Shown here: one piece after another, positions 51,055 through 64,000 of the stretch
How positions within the stretch are numbered: the stretch's first letter is position 1
How the letters are laid out: every line of letters starts with the position of its first letter
Assembly: GCF_963921235.1 (NCBI RefSeq)
Contig: NC_086108.1
Span: 38,504,001 to 38,568,000 of the forward strand
Source of the DNA: Mobula hypostoma
Lineage: Eukaryota
Reading direction: 5' to 3'
Length of the DNA stretch: 64,000 bases
Position numbers and translations under genes: made by a program
The notes under the pieces: generated by a model
Databases searched by the model: none
Told to the model about the DNA's origin: nothing
The model's input: only the letters and a program-made list of their open reading frames with translations

Positions 51055-52170
51055 TTAGAGTCCTAAAGTCTTAGAACACTACAGAACAGTAATAGGCATT
51101 GTGGCCCATCTAGTCCATGTCCAACTATTATTCTGCCTAGTCACATTGACCTGCACCTGGACCATAGCTTCCCCCCCCCCCCCAATACCTCTCCTATCTA
51201 TGTACCTGTCCAAATTTATCTTAGGTGTTGAAATCAAACCCGCATCCACCACTTCTGCTGGCAGCCCACTCCACATGCTCACCAGCCTCTGAGCGAAGAA
51301 GTTCCTCCTCATGTTCCCCTTAAACATTTCACCTTTCACCAGTCACTCGTGACCTGTAGTTCTAGCCTCACACAACCTCAGCGGAACAAGCCAGGTTGCA
51401 CTTACCCTATCTATATCCCTCATAATTTTGTATACCTCTATCAAATCTCTTCTCATTCTCCTATGCTCAGGGGAATAAAATCCTAACCTATTCAACATTT
51501 CCCTATAACTTATGCCCTCAAGTCCTAACAATATCTTATAAATTTTCTCTGCACTCTTCCAATCCTATTGATATCTTTTCCGTAGGTAGGTGACCAAAAC
51601 TGCACACGTTACTCCAAATTAGCTCTCATCAACGTCTTATTCTTGGCATGCTGAATTGGTACTATCAGCTCGTTTTCTGCTCCCAATTGCAGCAGCCGCA
51701 GTCTCCTGTGACTCCATGATATTGAGATGATTCCATAGAAACACAGAACATTATGACACAGTACTGGCCCTTTGGTCCACACATTGTGCTAACTTTTTAT
51801 CCTACCCTAAGATCAATCTAACCCTTCCCTCCTACATAGTCTTCCATGTTTTTTTTATCATCCATGTGCTTATCTAAGAGTTTCTTAAATGTCCATGTAC
51901 CCATCACGCCCTGTCTATAAAAAACATACCTCTGACATCCCTCCTATACTTTCCTCCAATCGCCTTAAGTTTATTCCCCTTTGTATTGGCCATTACCAGC
52001 CTAGGGGGGAAAGAGTCTCTGGCTAACCACTTGATCTATACCTCTTGTCATCTTGTACACATCCATCAAGTCACTTCTGATAATCTTTCACACATAAAGG
52101 AAAAGCCCTACCCTGCTCAGCCAATGGTCATAAGACATGCTGTCTAATCCAGGCAACATCCTCATAAGTG
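51055..52170 (-). mobile_element. Two adjacent CR1 3' ends (about 51055-51640 and 51735-52170)
   Basis: DLIEVYKIMR and RNFF.QR motifs; TAGAAC-type tails. Confidence 0.75.
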
Positions 52171-54290
52171 TGAAGTCTTATACTGGAAGTTCCAAGTATA
52201 AGTCTGATTGAACAAAGATATATGCAATTTGCTGAGGGCTAGATCAGTGGCATTTAGGTCTGGCGATCAAGGAAGAGACAAGAAGTCCAGGTATGACCTC
52301 CAGAAAGTCATTTCACATGCGAAGTTGCAATTCTAGACAAAATATGAAACACAGAAAACTGCTCAACAGCTGTGCCAGGGCTTGAATGCCATTTGAAAAT
52401 TCAAAGTACATTTATTATCAAAGTATGCATGCAGAATACAACTCTGAAAGTCGTCTTCCTCACAGACAATCTCAAAACAAAGAAAAACCATGGAACCCAC
52501 TGAAAGAGAAAAAAACATCAACCCACTAACTCCCCCCCCCCACATGCAAAAAGAACTGAACACACAAACGGCAACAAAAGGAGAGCGAAAACACAGAATA
52601 TAAAACACAATGTTAAAAGGCATGTTCAGTTCAGCGCAGTGTTCATTATCTGCACTGATAATCACTCCCTAATTCAAAATCACCCAAAGTAGCCACAAAA
52701 ATAGGAGCGATCTGTAAAAATAGAAACACATCATACATGAATTAGAGTCCACAATCCACAAACCATGCTCCAGCATCAACCTCCAACAGTATCGAGGAGA
52801 GAGAGACCACTTGAATGCAAGGACATTCCCTCGGGAGCAGCAAGAGGGAGAAAGAGAACGTCACACACAGACACCATCCTCCTACAGCAGCGAGCGAGAG
52901 GCTGACAGATGCTGCTGAACATTTGCTCACCCTTCGCACCCACTTCCATGATTTCAATCTTCCTTGGAGCTTTAATCGGTGAGAGACAGAGTTGAACATG
53001 GGCTCGTCCCCACCTCTTGGCTTTCCGGCCTCCAAGCTGCATGCTTTGATCACAACCTCATGGAACCCTCTCGGAGACAGCAAGGCACCAGATCACCCGA
53101 CTGGCTGGAAAACACGCCACCAGAATGTAGATAACAGGCTCCAACATTAGCAGAGCCACAGCTGAGTTAGAAAGAAGAGGTAAAGGAAGCCTCCTGCAAA
53201 GCAAAACCAAGCAACATATGTGACAACAAGATTTCACTCCCAGATGGGCTCAACGCCTTTTATGCTTGCTTTGACCAACAAAACATGGTCACACCTTCAA
53301 TAACTCACTCAGCCCTCAATGACACTGTGATTTCAGTCTGTGAGGCCAATCTGAAAGAATCCCTCAGGAGTGTGAACCCAGACTACGTACTTGATCGAGT
53401 ACTGAAGTCCTACGCTAATCAACTGGCTGGAGTGTTTTCAATTCGACATCTTATTTTGGCAGTTTTTAAAACAGGCTTCAATCATGCCCAAGAAGAGCGT
53501 GGAAACCTGTCTCAATGGCTATCAACCAGCAGCATTTACATCCACTGTGATGAAGTGCCTTGAGAGGTTGGTCATGATTTATGTCAGATCCAGCCTGAGG
53601 AGTGACTTCAATCCTTTCCAACTTGCCCACCATCAGAACAGGTCAACATAAGATGTTATTTTGTTTGATCTTCACTCAGCTCTGAAACATCTGGCCAATG
53701 AAGGTGTACACATCAAGCTGCTCTTCGTTGATTACAGCTATGTATTCAACACTATCATCCCCTTGACACTAATCACTAGGTTGCTAGACCTCGGCCTCGA
53801 TACCTCCTTATGCAATTGGATCATTGATTTCCTCACCTGTAGACCAGAGTAATGTTGCATTGGCAACAATATCTCCTCCACTATCATCATCAACAGAGCT
53901 GCACTGCAAGACTGTGTGCTTAGCCCCCTGCTCTATTTGCTTTACAATTATAACTGTGAGACTAAGTACAGTTCCAGTGCCATTTGTTGACATCACCAAT
54001 GTAGTTGCCAAATCAAAGGTGGTGATGAATTGGCATATAGGAAGGAAGATGAAAATATGGTCGAATAGTACCACAACAAAAACCTCTCACTCAAAATTAG
54101 CAAAAACAAAGAGTTAATTATTGACTACAGGAGAAAGAAACGGTAGGTCCATGAGCCGGTCCTCATTTGGGGACCAGAGGTGGAGAGTGTCAGTAACTTT
54201 AAATTTCTTGGTGTTATCATCTCAGGGGATCATTCCTGGGACTGGCACAAAAGTGCTAATACAAAGAAGGCATGGCAGCAACTCTACTTT

Positions 54291-57200
54291 CAGAATCAGG
54301 TTTATTATGTTGTGAAATTTGTTAACTTAGCAGCAGCAGTACAATGCAATATGTGATGATATAGAGTGAAAACCAATTACAGTAAGTATGTAAACAAGAG
54401 AAAACCTGCAGGTGCCGGAAATCTGAGCAACACACACAAAATGCTGGAGGAACTCAGCAGGCCAGGCAGCAACCAAGTAAAGAGTACAGTTGATGTTTTG
54501 AGCCGAAACTGTTCGGCAGGACTGGAGAAACAAAACTGACGAGTAGCTTTAAAAGGTGGGGAGAGGGAAGAGGGAAACAGAAGATGATAGGTGAAACCTC
54601 AAGGGGGAAGGATGAAGTAAAAAGCAGGGAAGTTGATTGGTGAAAGAGACAGAAGGCCATGGAAGAAAGAAAAGGGAGGGAGGAGCACCAGAGGGAGGAG
54701 ATGGGCAGGCAGGCAAGGAGATAAGGTATGAAAGGGAAAAGGGGATGGGAAATGGTGAAGGTGGTGGGGAATGGGGGGCATTACTGGAAGTTTGAGAAAT
54801 CGATGTTCATGCCATCAGGTTGGAGGCTACCCAAACGGAATATAAGGTGTTGTTCCTCCAGTCTGAGTGTGGCTCATCACGATAGTGGAGGAGGCCATGG
54901 ATGGGCATATCCAAATGGGAATGTGGTGGAATTAAAATGGGTGGCCACTGGGAGACCCCACTTTTACTGATGGATGGAAGATAGGTGCTCAGTGAAGTGG
55001 TCTCCCAATCTGCATTGTGTCTCACTGATATACAAGAGGCCTTACCAGGAGCACCGACAAAACAGTATATAACTTCAACAGACTCACAGTTGAAGTGTCA
55101 CCTTACCTGGAAGGACTGTTTATGGCCCTGAATAGTAGTGAGTGAGGAGGTGTAGGGGCAGGTGTAGCACTTGTTCCACTTGCAAGGATAAGTGCTAGGA
55201 GGGAGATCAGTGGGGAGGTTCAAATGGACAAGGGAATGATCTCTGTGGAAAGCCAGAAGTGGGGGAGGGAAAGATGTGCTAGTTGGTGGGATCCCGTTGG
55301 AGGTGGTGGAAATTTTGGAGAATTATGTGCTGGACATAGTCTGGCGGGGTGGTAGGTGAGGACAAGAGGAACCCTATCTCTCGTAGGGTGGCGGGAGGAT
55401 GGGGTAAGAGCAGACATGCGTGAACTGGAAGAGACGCGGTTGAGGGCAGCATTGGTGGAGGAAGGGAAGGCCCTTTCTTTGAAAAAGGAGGCCATCTCCT
55501 TCGTTCTCTCATCCTGGGAGCAGTTGTGGCAGAGACGATGGAATTGAGACAAGAGGATGGCGTTTTAACAAGTAACAGGGTGGGACAAGGTATAGTTCAG
55601 GTAGCTGTGAGAGTAAGTATATATATATATATATATTAAATAAATTAAAATGGTGCAAAAACAGAAATAATATATATATTAAAGAAAGTAAGATAGTGCT
55701 CATGGGTTCAATGTCCATTTAGGAATTGTATGGCAGAGCAGAAGAAGCTGTTTCTGAATCGCTGAGTGTGTGCCTTCTGGCTTCGCACTTCCTTCCTGAT
55801 GGTAACAATGAGAAGAGGGCGTGTCCTGGGTGATGGAGGTCCTTAATAATGGACGTTGCCTTCTGAGGCACCTCTCCTTGAAGATGTCTTAGATACTATG
55901 GAGGCTAGTACCCAAGATGGAGCTGACTAATTTTAGAAATTTCTGTAGATTTTTTTGAGTCTTGTGCGGTACCAGCTCCTCCATACCAGATAGTGAAGCA
56001 GCCTGTCAGAATGCTTTCCACAGTACATCTGTAGAAGTTTTCAAATGTTTTAGGTGACAAATCAAATCTATTCAAGCTCCTAATGAAATATAGCAGCTGC
56101 CTCGCCTTCTTTATGGCTGCATCGATATGTTGGGACCAGGTTAGATCCTCAGAGATCTTGACACCCAGGAACTTGAAATTGCTCCCTCTCTCTACTTCTG
56201 ATCCCTCTATGAGGATTGGTTCATGTTCCCTCGTCTCACCCTTCCTGAAGTCCACAATCAGCTCTATGGGCTTACTGACGTTGAGTGCAAGGTTTTTGCT
56301 GTGACACTGCTCAACTAGTTGGCATACCTCACTCCTGTACACCCTTTCATCTCCATCTGATATTCTACCAACAATGGTTGTATCATCAGCAAATTTATAG
56401 ATGGTTTTGAGCTATACCTAGCCACATGCTAATGTTATCACCAATCCGCAGAGATTGTGGTCTTACAGTTAGGAAATTGAGGATCCAATTGCAGAGGGAG
56501 GTACAGAGGCCCAGATTCTGTAGCATCAATCAGAATAGTGGGAATGATGGTGTTAAATGCTGAACAATCATTAACGAACAGCATCCTGACATTAGTGTTT
56601 ATATTATCCAGGTGATCTAAGGCCATGTAAAGAGTCATTGATATTGCATCTGCCGTAGACCTGTCGTGGTAATAGGCAAGTTGCAGATTTGCAGTGGGTC
56701 CGCGTCCTTACTGAGGCAAGAGTTTATTCTCGTCATTATCAACCTCTCAAAGCATTTCATCACTGTAGATTCGTCACAACCTCTCAAAGCATTTCATCAC
56801 TGTAGAGTTCTACTGGGTGATAGTCATTAAGACAGCTCATCCTACTCTTCTTCGGTACTGGTACCTTGTTGCCTTTTTGAAGCAGGTGGGAACTTCCGAC
56901 CATAGCTGTGAGAGGTTGAAAATGTCCTTGAGTAATCTCGCCAGTTGGTTGGCACAGGTTTTCTGAGCCTTACCAGGTATTCCATCAGGCCCTGCCACCT
57001 TGCAAAGATTCACCCTCCTTAAAAACAGCCTAATATTGGCCTCCAAGACAGAGATCACAGGGTCACCGGGTGCAGCAGGGATCTTCACAGCTGTAGTTAG
57101 AGTAGATGCTCTCTTTCAAAGCAGGCATAGAAGGCATTGAGCTCATCTGGTAGTGAAGCATCATTGCTATTCATGCCATTGGGTTTCACTTTGTAGGAAG

Positions 57201-57325
57201 TGATGTGCTGCAAACCCTGCAGAGTTGTCCTGCATCTGATGTTGCCTCCAACCTCGCTTTGAAATGTTTTTCACTCTTGAAATTGTCCTTGAAAAGTCAC
57301 GTACAGACCTGGGTCACCAGACTTA
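54291..57325 (-). mobile_element. Second Rex1-like LINE nested in opposite orientation
   Basis: ORF pieces 57088-56837 (AGPDGIPG), 56638-56438 and 56342-55905; tail AATAAACCTGATTCT on the minus strand at 54291-54305. Confidence 0.8.
54393..55611 (-). mobile_element. Penelope-like element, older subfamily, single orientation
   Basis: SQFHRL...EMASFFKERAFPSS...RVPLVLTYHP and GIY-YIG remnants; eroded hammerhead at about 54487-54524; about 12-bp TSD AGTAAGTATRTA at 54381-54392 and 55612-55623. Confidence 0.82.
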
Positions 57326-58299
57326 AATGCCACCAACGTAGAGGTTCTTTTTTAAAGGTTTGCGCAAATTCAGCATGTCACCTAAATCTTTGACAAAGCT
57401 CCATAGATGCACAATGCAGAGTATCCTGACTGATTGCATCATGGCCCTGTATGAAAACACCAATGCCCAGGAATGGGAAGTGGTGGATACAGCCCAGTCC
57501 ATCAAAGGAAAAACCTTCCCTGCCATTGAGCGCATTTACAAGGAGCACTGCCACATAAAAGAAGCATCCATCATCAAGGACACCCCCACCATCCAGGCCA
57601 TGCTGTCTTCTTACTGCTACCATTAGGAAGGAAGTACAGGAGTCTTAGGTCCCACACCACTAGGTTCAGGAACAGTTATTAACCTTCAAACATTAGGCTT
57701 CTGAACCAGAGTGGATAACAACTCTACAACTCATGTACTCAATATTATATATTATCTTATGTAATTATTATTTTTTTTGTACTTGCGCAGTTGGTCATCT
57801 TTTGCATATTGTTTGTCAGTCTTTGTATTTAGTTTTTCATTGAATATATGGTATTTCTTTGCTCTACTGTGAATTGCCTGCGAGAAAACAAATCTCAGAG
57901 GAATATGTGGTGACATATACCTTCATTGATAATAAATTTACTTTGAACTTTGAAGTGTGCTCTAAACAGGGTTTTATAGAGCTGCAACATGCCCATTGGA
58001 GAATCCAACAAAAAAACTATTTGCAACAGGTTAGGCAACTTTCAGCGAGTTCTCTTCCCTTGATATTAATTGAAAGTGATGGATGTAGAGATTGAGGTAA
58101 ATATTTATATTTTACAATCTTTTTTAAAGCATTTGAACATTTTTGAATGTTGTTCAATATTTTTAATATTTAAATATTATCTCTTTATTGAAATTAAATA
58201 GGCTTGTTTTAGATATTTTATTAAATTTTTGTAGTCCAGGAAGGAGGGGGAAGAGGGAGGGGGAGGGGGGAGGGGGAGGGGGAGGAGTAGGGGAGGAAG

Positions 58300-58526
58300 A
58301 GGGAACATTGACTCAGACCATGAGAGGCCTGCATCAGGCATTTTCATGCCTTACAAGGCACAGATTGGAAGTCTGTGTGGGGCGCCACTCCTCACACAGA
58401 CACCAGAGCAATGTGTGGTTAACTGCCTTGCTCAAGAACACGACACACTGCCACAGCTGAGGCTCGAACTAGCGACCTTCAAATCACTAGACGAATTCCT
58501 TAACCACTTGGCCACGTGCCCAACAC
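58300..58526 (-). mobile_element. tRNA-derived CORE-type SINE
   Basis: Minus strand A-box TGGCCAAGTGG (58514-58504), B-box GTTCGAGCC (58469-58461), then CORE-like GTGTTCTTGAGCAAGGCAGTTAACCAC. The 3' boundary is uncertain. Confidence 0.75.
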
Positions 58527-58858
58527 TAGGAAAGCCTAGGAAAGTTTTTCAAAATGTCAGAAACAGCACTCTACTTTGGCATATTTACTGTATAAGCCTA
58601 TTTTCTCAGTGAGCATAACTAAGCCTGCTGTCAAAGTCCGGTCAACATGTTGCTGGGCAGAGCCCCTTATGCCCCACACCTTGTTTTCACTGGGAAGGTT
58701 CTGTCACCGTGCAGACCCTTGCTGTTGCTTTTGGAGCTTGCTTTTTCCAGCAAATGCTCATTGGGGTCTGCTAAGAGTTAAATGAGAACCATCATCAAAA
58801 ACAACGATATGTTTATAATCCTGCCTAATGAAAATTAAATCAACTATTGTTTCATCAG

Positions 58859-59032
58859 GTCCATGTTCAAGACCAGATATTCCCAACATGATACCACCCA
58901 GAAGTTATTCATACAGAGATGGAGAAACACTGAGTATTGAATGTGCTTATGGGTACAGATTGCAAGGAGTTAAAGTAATCACATGCAGGGATGGACAATG
59001 GTTTATCGGCCGATCTTATCCAACTTGTATTG
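58859..59032 (+). CDS. CFH-like exon 9 (CCP7)
   Basis: CAG acceptor, GTAACT donor, 174 nt. GPCSRPDIPNMIPPRSYSYRDGETLSIECAYGYRLQGVKVITCRDGQWFIGRSYPTCI. Confidence 0.92.
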
Positions 59033-60435
59033 GTAACTTGTCTATATTATTCCTAAAATTAAATGAAAATGATGATAGAAATATGTCAATTAGCAGAATT
59101 ACTAACATTTTCTTGTAGACACAGGTGCAACATGCTGTAGTCACTCCGCTAATTATGACGCTGTTCAGACAGTCTAAGTGTTTTATTCAATAAGTTTGGG
59201 TTCACAATATTTGGTTTTGCATATTTGTTCTGCAATATTACTTTGAAAGTCAGGATGACCTGATATAATATAATCTCACATATCAGGAGTGGCCATTTTT
59301 AGCTCTGCTTATATGTTTTTGGATTTATGCTCAACCCTGAGTGGATTCTTGCTAAATCTGTTTGTGCATCGCACGTAGCCCAGTTGTTACCTTTGAACAA
59401 TTGCGATACTCCAGGCCATCACAATACGGAGAATGGATCCACCACCAACAAGACAAAAGTCCCATTTTATACTATTCAGCTATTCTTAGTTAGGACAATC
59501 CTTACAGAAATTGAGGTGTTTGTGCTTTTTGGATGTCAACCATCTCAACAGGAAAGCATTTCTATGGCAATTTCAGCAAACAAAACAGTCACTCCTCCCA
59601 TCAATAGCTCAGTTTTTCTATAATGTGTACCATTTCCAAAAGGCACTGCAGTAATTAATCCAAAGCTTGTTCATCAGCTCCTCTCAAACTCTATGGCTGA
59701 TCTTTTATTGTCTTGAATTGTTATAGTCCAGATAATGACTCAGAATTTCTCAAGGGAATTCAGACTCATTGGCTCATTGATCTGTTCATGACTTATGAAA
59801 ACAACAGTATTTTGGGATCAAACACCAAGTTCTAACTGTTTACCTTTTCTCCAAGCAAATAGCTCTACTCTTCCCACAATGCAATGTTCATTCAATCAAG
59901 CCACAGCTTAATGCTCAGTTCATCATTTCACCTATGTATCTGCTTCAGATATCAATTCAATTGCCTCCCATCAGGGATCAATGAGTCTCCTCATGGAACA
60001 CGGGGCATACATTAAGAGTGCCTTTTTAACTTACACTAAAAGCATTTGCTCCAAGACAATTTGAGGAGGACAGTAATTTTATTTATACAATTCTTTTTAT
60101 GGCACTGAATATCCCCCTAAAAAAATCTCAGAACCAAGAACAATTGGGATGTCAAACTGTAAGTGCCAAGGCCCCCTCTGCCTACAGTTTCTGTGATTCT
60201 ACTGAGTGCCTCCTGTCAGCAAAGTTCATGAGCTGGAAAGTACAATATTTTGCTGATATGATGATGTCGTAGGTGAGAACACACATATTTATGGGCATCT
60301 CATGATCTGGCAGAAAGTGAGATAATAAAAGTGACAAAGAGGGAAATATTAAGATTTGATAATTCATGATGTTGTACCAGTTTTCAATGTGAAAATTGTA
60401 TGCCTAAAGATCTAATTTAAATGACTACTCTGCAG

Positions 60436-60609
60436 AACAGGGATGTGCGACACCACCAAACATAGAAAATGGAGAATTTACTCCTCATCGACGTAATTAT
60501 GCTGAACGTGAATCTGTGACTTACTCTTGTAAGAAAGGCTTTGAACTTTTTGGAAAAAGTCACTTGCAATGTATTTCCAATAGATGGCCACAGGAACCTA
60601 CTTGTGTTG
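60436..60609 (+). CDS. CFH-like exon 10 (CCP8); gene continues beyond the window
   Basis: CAG acceptor, GTAAGC donor, 174 nt. EQGCATPPNIENGEFTPHRRNYAERESVTYSCKKGFELFGKSHLQCISNRWPQEPTCV. Confidence 0.93.
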
Positions 60610-60724
60610 GTAAGCAAAGTATTTTATTGTTCAATCACAAAACCCATTTGAAACAACACCAAAGCAACACACACAAGGGAAGTAGCTAGGAGCCAGAATA
60701 AGATGGTGGGGGGGGGGGCGGTGG

Positions 60725-61590
60725 AGTGGAAGATGTGGCAAAGTGGGCAAGAGTGGTCAGAGAAATGATAGACGGAATACAGTGTCAGGAAGTACATGGT
60801 TATGCACTTTGGTGGGAGGAACAAAAGCAAATAACATTTTCTAAGTGGGGAGCAAATTCAGAAATCAGAGGTGCAAAGGGACTTGGGAGTTCTTCTGCAG
60901 GATTTCCTGAAGGTTAATTTGCAGGTTGAGTCAGTGGTGAGGAGAGAAAATACAGTGTTAGCATTCATTCCAAGAGGACTAGAATATAAAAACAAGGATG
61001 TAATTCTGAGGCTATATAAGGCACTGATATCACCTCATTTGGAGTATTGTGAGTAGCTTTGGGTCCCTTTTTTTAACGAAGGGTGTGATGACTTTGGAGA
61101 GGGTTCAGAGAAGGTTCACAAAAATGGTTTTGGAATGAAAGGTTCATCATACGAGGAGAGATTGATGGCTCTGGGTCTTTTCTCACTAGAATTTAGAAGA
61201 ATGAGGGGAGACGTCATTGAAACCTATCGACTGGTGAAAGTTCTAGATAGAGTGGATTTGGACAGGGTGTTTCCTATAGGTGGGAACTCTAGGACCAGAG
61301 GCACGGCCTCAGAATAGAAGGACATCTCTTTTGTACAGAGATGAGGAGGAATTTCTTGAGCCAGAGGGTAGTGACTCTGTGGAATTTGTTGCCACAGACA
61401 GCTGTGGTGGCCAAGTCATTGGGTATATTTAAAGTGAAGGTTGATAGGTTCTTGATTAGTAAAGACATCGAACCTTATGGGGAGAAAGCAGGAGAATGTG
61501 GTTGAGAGGAAATGGATCAGCCATGATGAAATAGCAGAGCAGACTTGATGAACCAAATGGCCGAATTCTGCTCCTGTGGCTTATGGTCTT
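60725..61590 (+). mobile_element. CR1 LINE 3' portion
   Basis: QRDLGVL...LYKALI.PHLEYC...TRG motifs; TTATGGTCT tail. Confidence 0.82.
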
Positions 61591-61639
61591 AAATCTAATC
61601 TGGCAGGAGCGAAGGGGGAGGTGGTAGAAATCAGGCTGG

Positions 61640-61892
61640 AGGGTACCAGCCTGATTTCTGATGGCATGAACATGGATTTCTCTAACTTATGGTAATTTCA
61701 CTCTCTTGCCCTTCTTTCCTTTTCCATTCCCTATTCTGGCTCCCTTCATACCCCTTCTCTTCTCCTCACCTGTACATCACCTTCCTCTAGTGTCCTCCTC
61801 ATTCCCTTTCTCCCATGGCCCACTGTCTGCTACTATCAGATTACTTCTTCTTTAGCCCTTTATTTCTTCCACCTATCACCTCCGAGCTTCTT
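61640..61892 (+). mobile_element. Penelope-like fragment (end of ORF and 3' UTR)
   Basis: GATGGCATGAACATGGATTTCTCTAAC (DGMN.DFSN) followed by the pyrimidine-rich UTR. Confidence 0.65.
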
Positions 61893-62349
61893 GTAAGTAC
61901 ATGCTTGCAGCAGAAAGCACTGTGAAGAGAGAGCCTTTGTTTCATATACTGAATGTATTTAAATGTCTTCAGAATCTATGATGTTACAATTCTATTCCAT
62001 ATGTCTATAATTCCCCCCTGCACTTTAAATCTAATTGATTTAATGGACTTGTAACAGGTATCCAGCATCTTGCAATGTTTGTAACAACTAATTTCTAGAG
62101 GTGTTCACTCCTTGAAATGTTCTTCCCGTAATTTACTTGAAGCAGCATTTTCAAAGTCTAACATTTGCCTTTTAGTTTGCTGCAACTTCTTTGCAGCTAC
62201 TGTTTGTACATCAAAAATCTCATTTCCACCTTCCTTGTCCATTAAAGTGTTTACTCCATCTCAACACTTATCTGATGCAGCCCTTAATTTCATTCCCTTA
62301 AATTTAGGGGATGTAATTTTGAACAGTAAGTGCAGACAATGAGTTTAAT

Positions 62350-64000
62350 ACCATAAGATATAGGAGTAGAATTAGGCCATTTGGCCCATCGAGTCTTCTC
62401 CACCATTTCATCATGGCTGATCCAATTTTCCTCTCAGCCCCAATCTCCTGCCTTCGCCCCATATCCCTTCATGCCCTGATCAATCAAGAATCTATCAATC
62501 TCTGCATTAAATATACATAAAGATTTGGCCTCCACAGCTGCCTGTGGCAAAGAATTCCACAGATTCACCACTCTTCTGCTAAATAAGTTCCTCCTCATTT
62601 TGATTCTAAATGGATGCCCCTCTATTCTGAGGCAGTGTCCTCTGGTCTTGAACTCTCCCATCATAGGAAACATCCTCTCCACATCTACTCTAACAAGGCC
62701 TTTCACCATTCAATAGGGTTCAATTAGGTCACCCCTCATTCTTCTGAATTCTAGTGAATACAGACCCAGAGCCATCAAATGCTCTTCATATCACAAGCCA
62801 TCAATCCTGACATCATTTTTGTGAACCTCATTTGAACCTTCTCCAGTTTCAGCACATCCTTTCAAAGATAGGCTGTCCAAAAATGCTCACAATACCCAGG
62901 TGAGGCCTCACCAGTGCGTTATAAAGTCTCAACATTACATCCTTGCTTTTATATTCTAGTCCTCTTGAAATAAATGCTAGCATCACATTTATGTTCCTAA
63001 CCACAGATTCAACCTGCACATCAACCTTTAAGGAATCCTGCACAAGGACTCCCAAGTTTTTTGTATTTGTAAATGATAGAAAATAGTCTATCATTTTATT
63101 TCTTCTACCAAAGTCCATGACCATACACTTCCCAACACTGTATTCCATCTGCTATTTCTTTGCCCATTCTTCCTAATCCATCTAAGTGCTTCTATGGCCT
63201 CTCTACTTCCTCAAAACTACTTGTCCCTTCTCCTTTTTTTGTATCATCTGCAAATTTTGCAACAAAGCCATCAATTCCATCATCCAAATCATTGACATAT
63301 AACATAAAAGAATTGGTCCCAACACCAACCCCAGTAGAACGCCACTAGTCACTGACAGCCAAACAGAAAAATCACCTTCATTCCACTCTTTGCCTCCTGC
63401 CATTCAGCTACTGCTTTATCGATGCTAGAATCTTCCCTGTAGTACCATGGGTTTGTAGCTTGATAAATAGCCTCATATGTCAAAGGCCTTCTGAAAATCC
63501 AAGTACATAACATCAACTAATTCTCCTTTGTATATCCTGCTTGTTATTTCTTCAAAGAATTCTAACAGATCTGTGAGGAAATATTTTCCCTTGAGGAAAC
63601 CATGCTGACTACAGTCTAATCTATCATGTCCCTCCATGTACCCTGAGACCTCATTCTTAATAATCAACTCTAACATCTTCCCAGCCACTGAGGTTAGACT
63701 AACTAGCCTATAGTTTCCTTTCTTCTGCCTCTCTCCCTTCTTGAACAGTAGAGTGTAATTTGCAATTTTCTAGTCTTCCAGAACCATTCCAGAATCTAGT
63801 GATTCTTGAAGGACCATTACTAATGCTTCCACAATCTCTTCAGCCACCCGTTTCAGAACCCTGGGTGTACACCATCTGGTCCAGGTGACTTATATACCAT
63901 CAGACCTTTTAGTTTCCCAAGAACTTTCTTCTAGTAATGGTAACTTCACACACTTCATGGATCCTGACACCTAGAACTTCCACCGTACTGCCAGTATCTT
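62350..64000 (-). mobile_element. CR1 LINE 3' half, runs off the window
   Basis: SQHGFLKGK...YLDFQKAFD, VTSGV..G.VLGP, ALVRPHL and RVVNLWNSLP fragments; tail at 62350. Confidence 0.9.

Larger units (their letters stand above)
52200..57952 (+). mobile_element. Rex1/Babar-like LINE, decayed, host to nested insertions
   Basis: RT pieces (QLAGVF, LFVDYS..FNTIIP, LCNWIIDFLT); interrupted at about 52395-53190 and 54291-57340; resumes and ends with AATAAA and a (TTTGAAC) tail. Confidence 0.8.

Noticed and set aside
58441..58526. tRNA gene on the minus strand
   Set aside because: A and B boxes are present, but it continues into a CORE-like domain with no convincing cloverleaf; treated as a SINE head.

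Overview
Repeat-dense vertebrate genomic DNA. The repeat mix (CR1 LINEs with an esterase ORF1, Rex1/Babar-like LINEs, Neptune-type Penelope-like elements, a CORE-SINE) suggests a cartilaginous fish; this is inference. One host gene crosses the window on the + strand: a secreted complement factor H-like (RCA family) gene. I read ten coding exons by eye (6784-60609): a signal-peptide exon and eight CCP/sushi modules, with CCP2 split into 106+77 nt. All have GT-AG sites and join into an open 1471-nt frame that continues past the window. Most are missing from the ORF track. Upstream is a nested stack: a Gypsy LTR element inside a Tigger/pogo element inside a rearranged Sleeping Beauty-like Tc1 element. 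The most notable non-gene signal is a Penelope-like family carrying a minimal hammerhead ribozyme. It inserted four times in the introns as fold-back palindromes (172, 211, about 1400 and about 2700 bp), each with a 14-16 bp target-site duplication. The two small copies fold back at the ribozyme core, and the largest has an eight-unit stutter at its centre. Coordinates were counted by hand, and boundaries of old LINE fragments are approximate.
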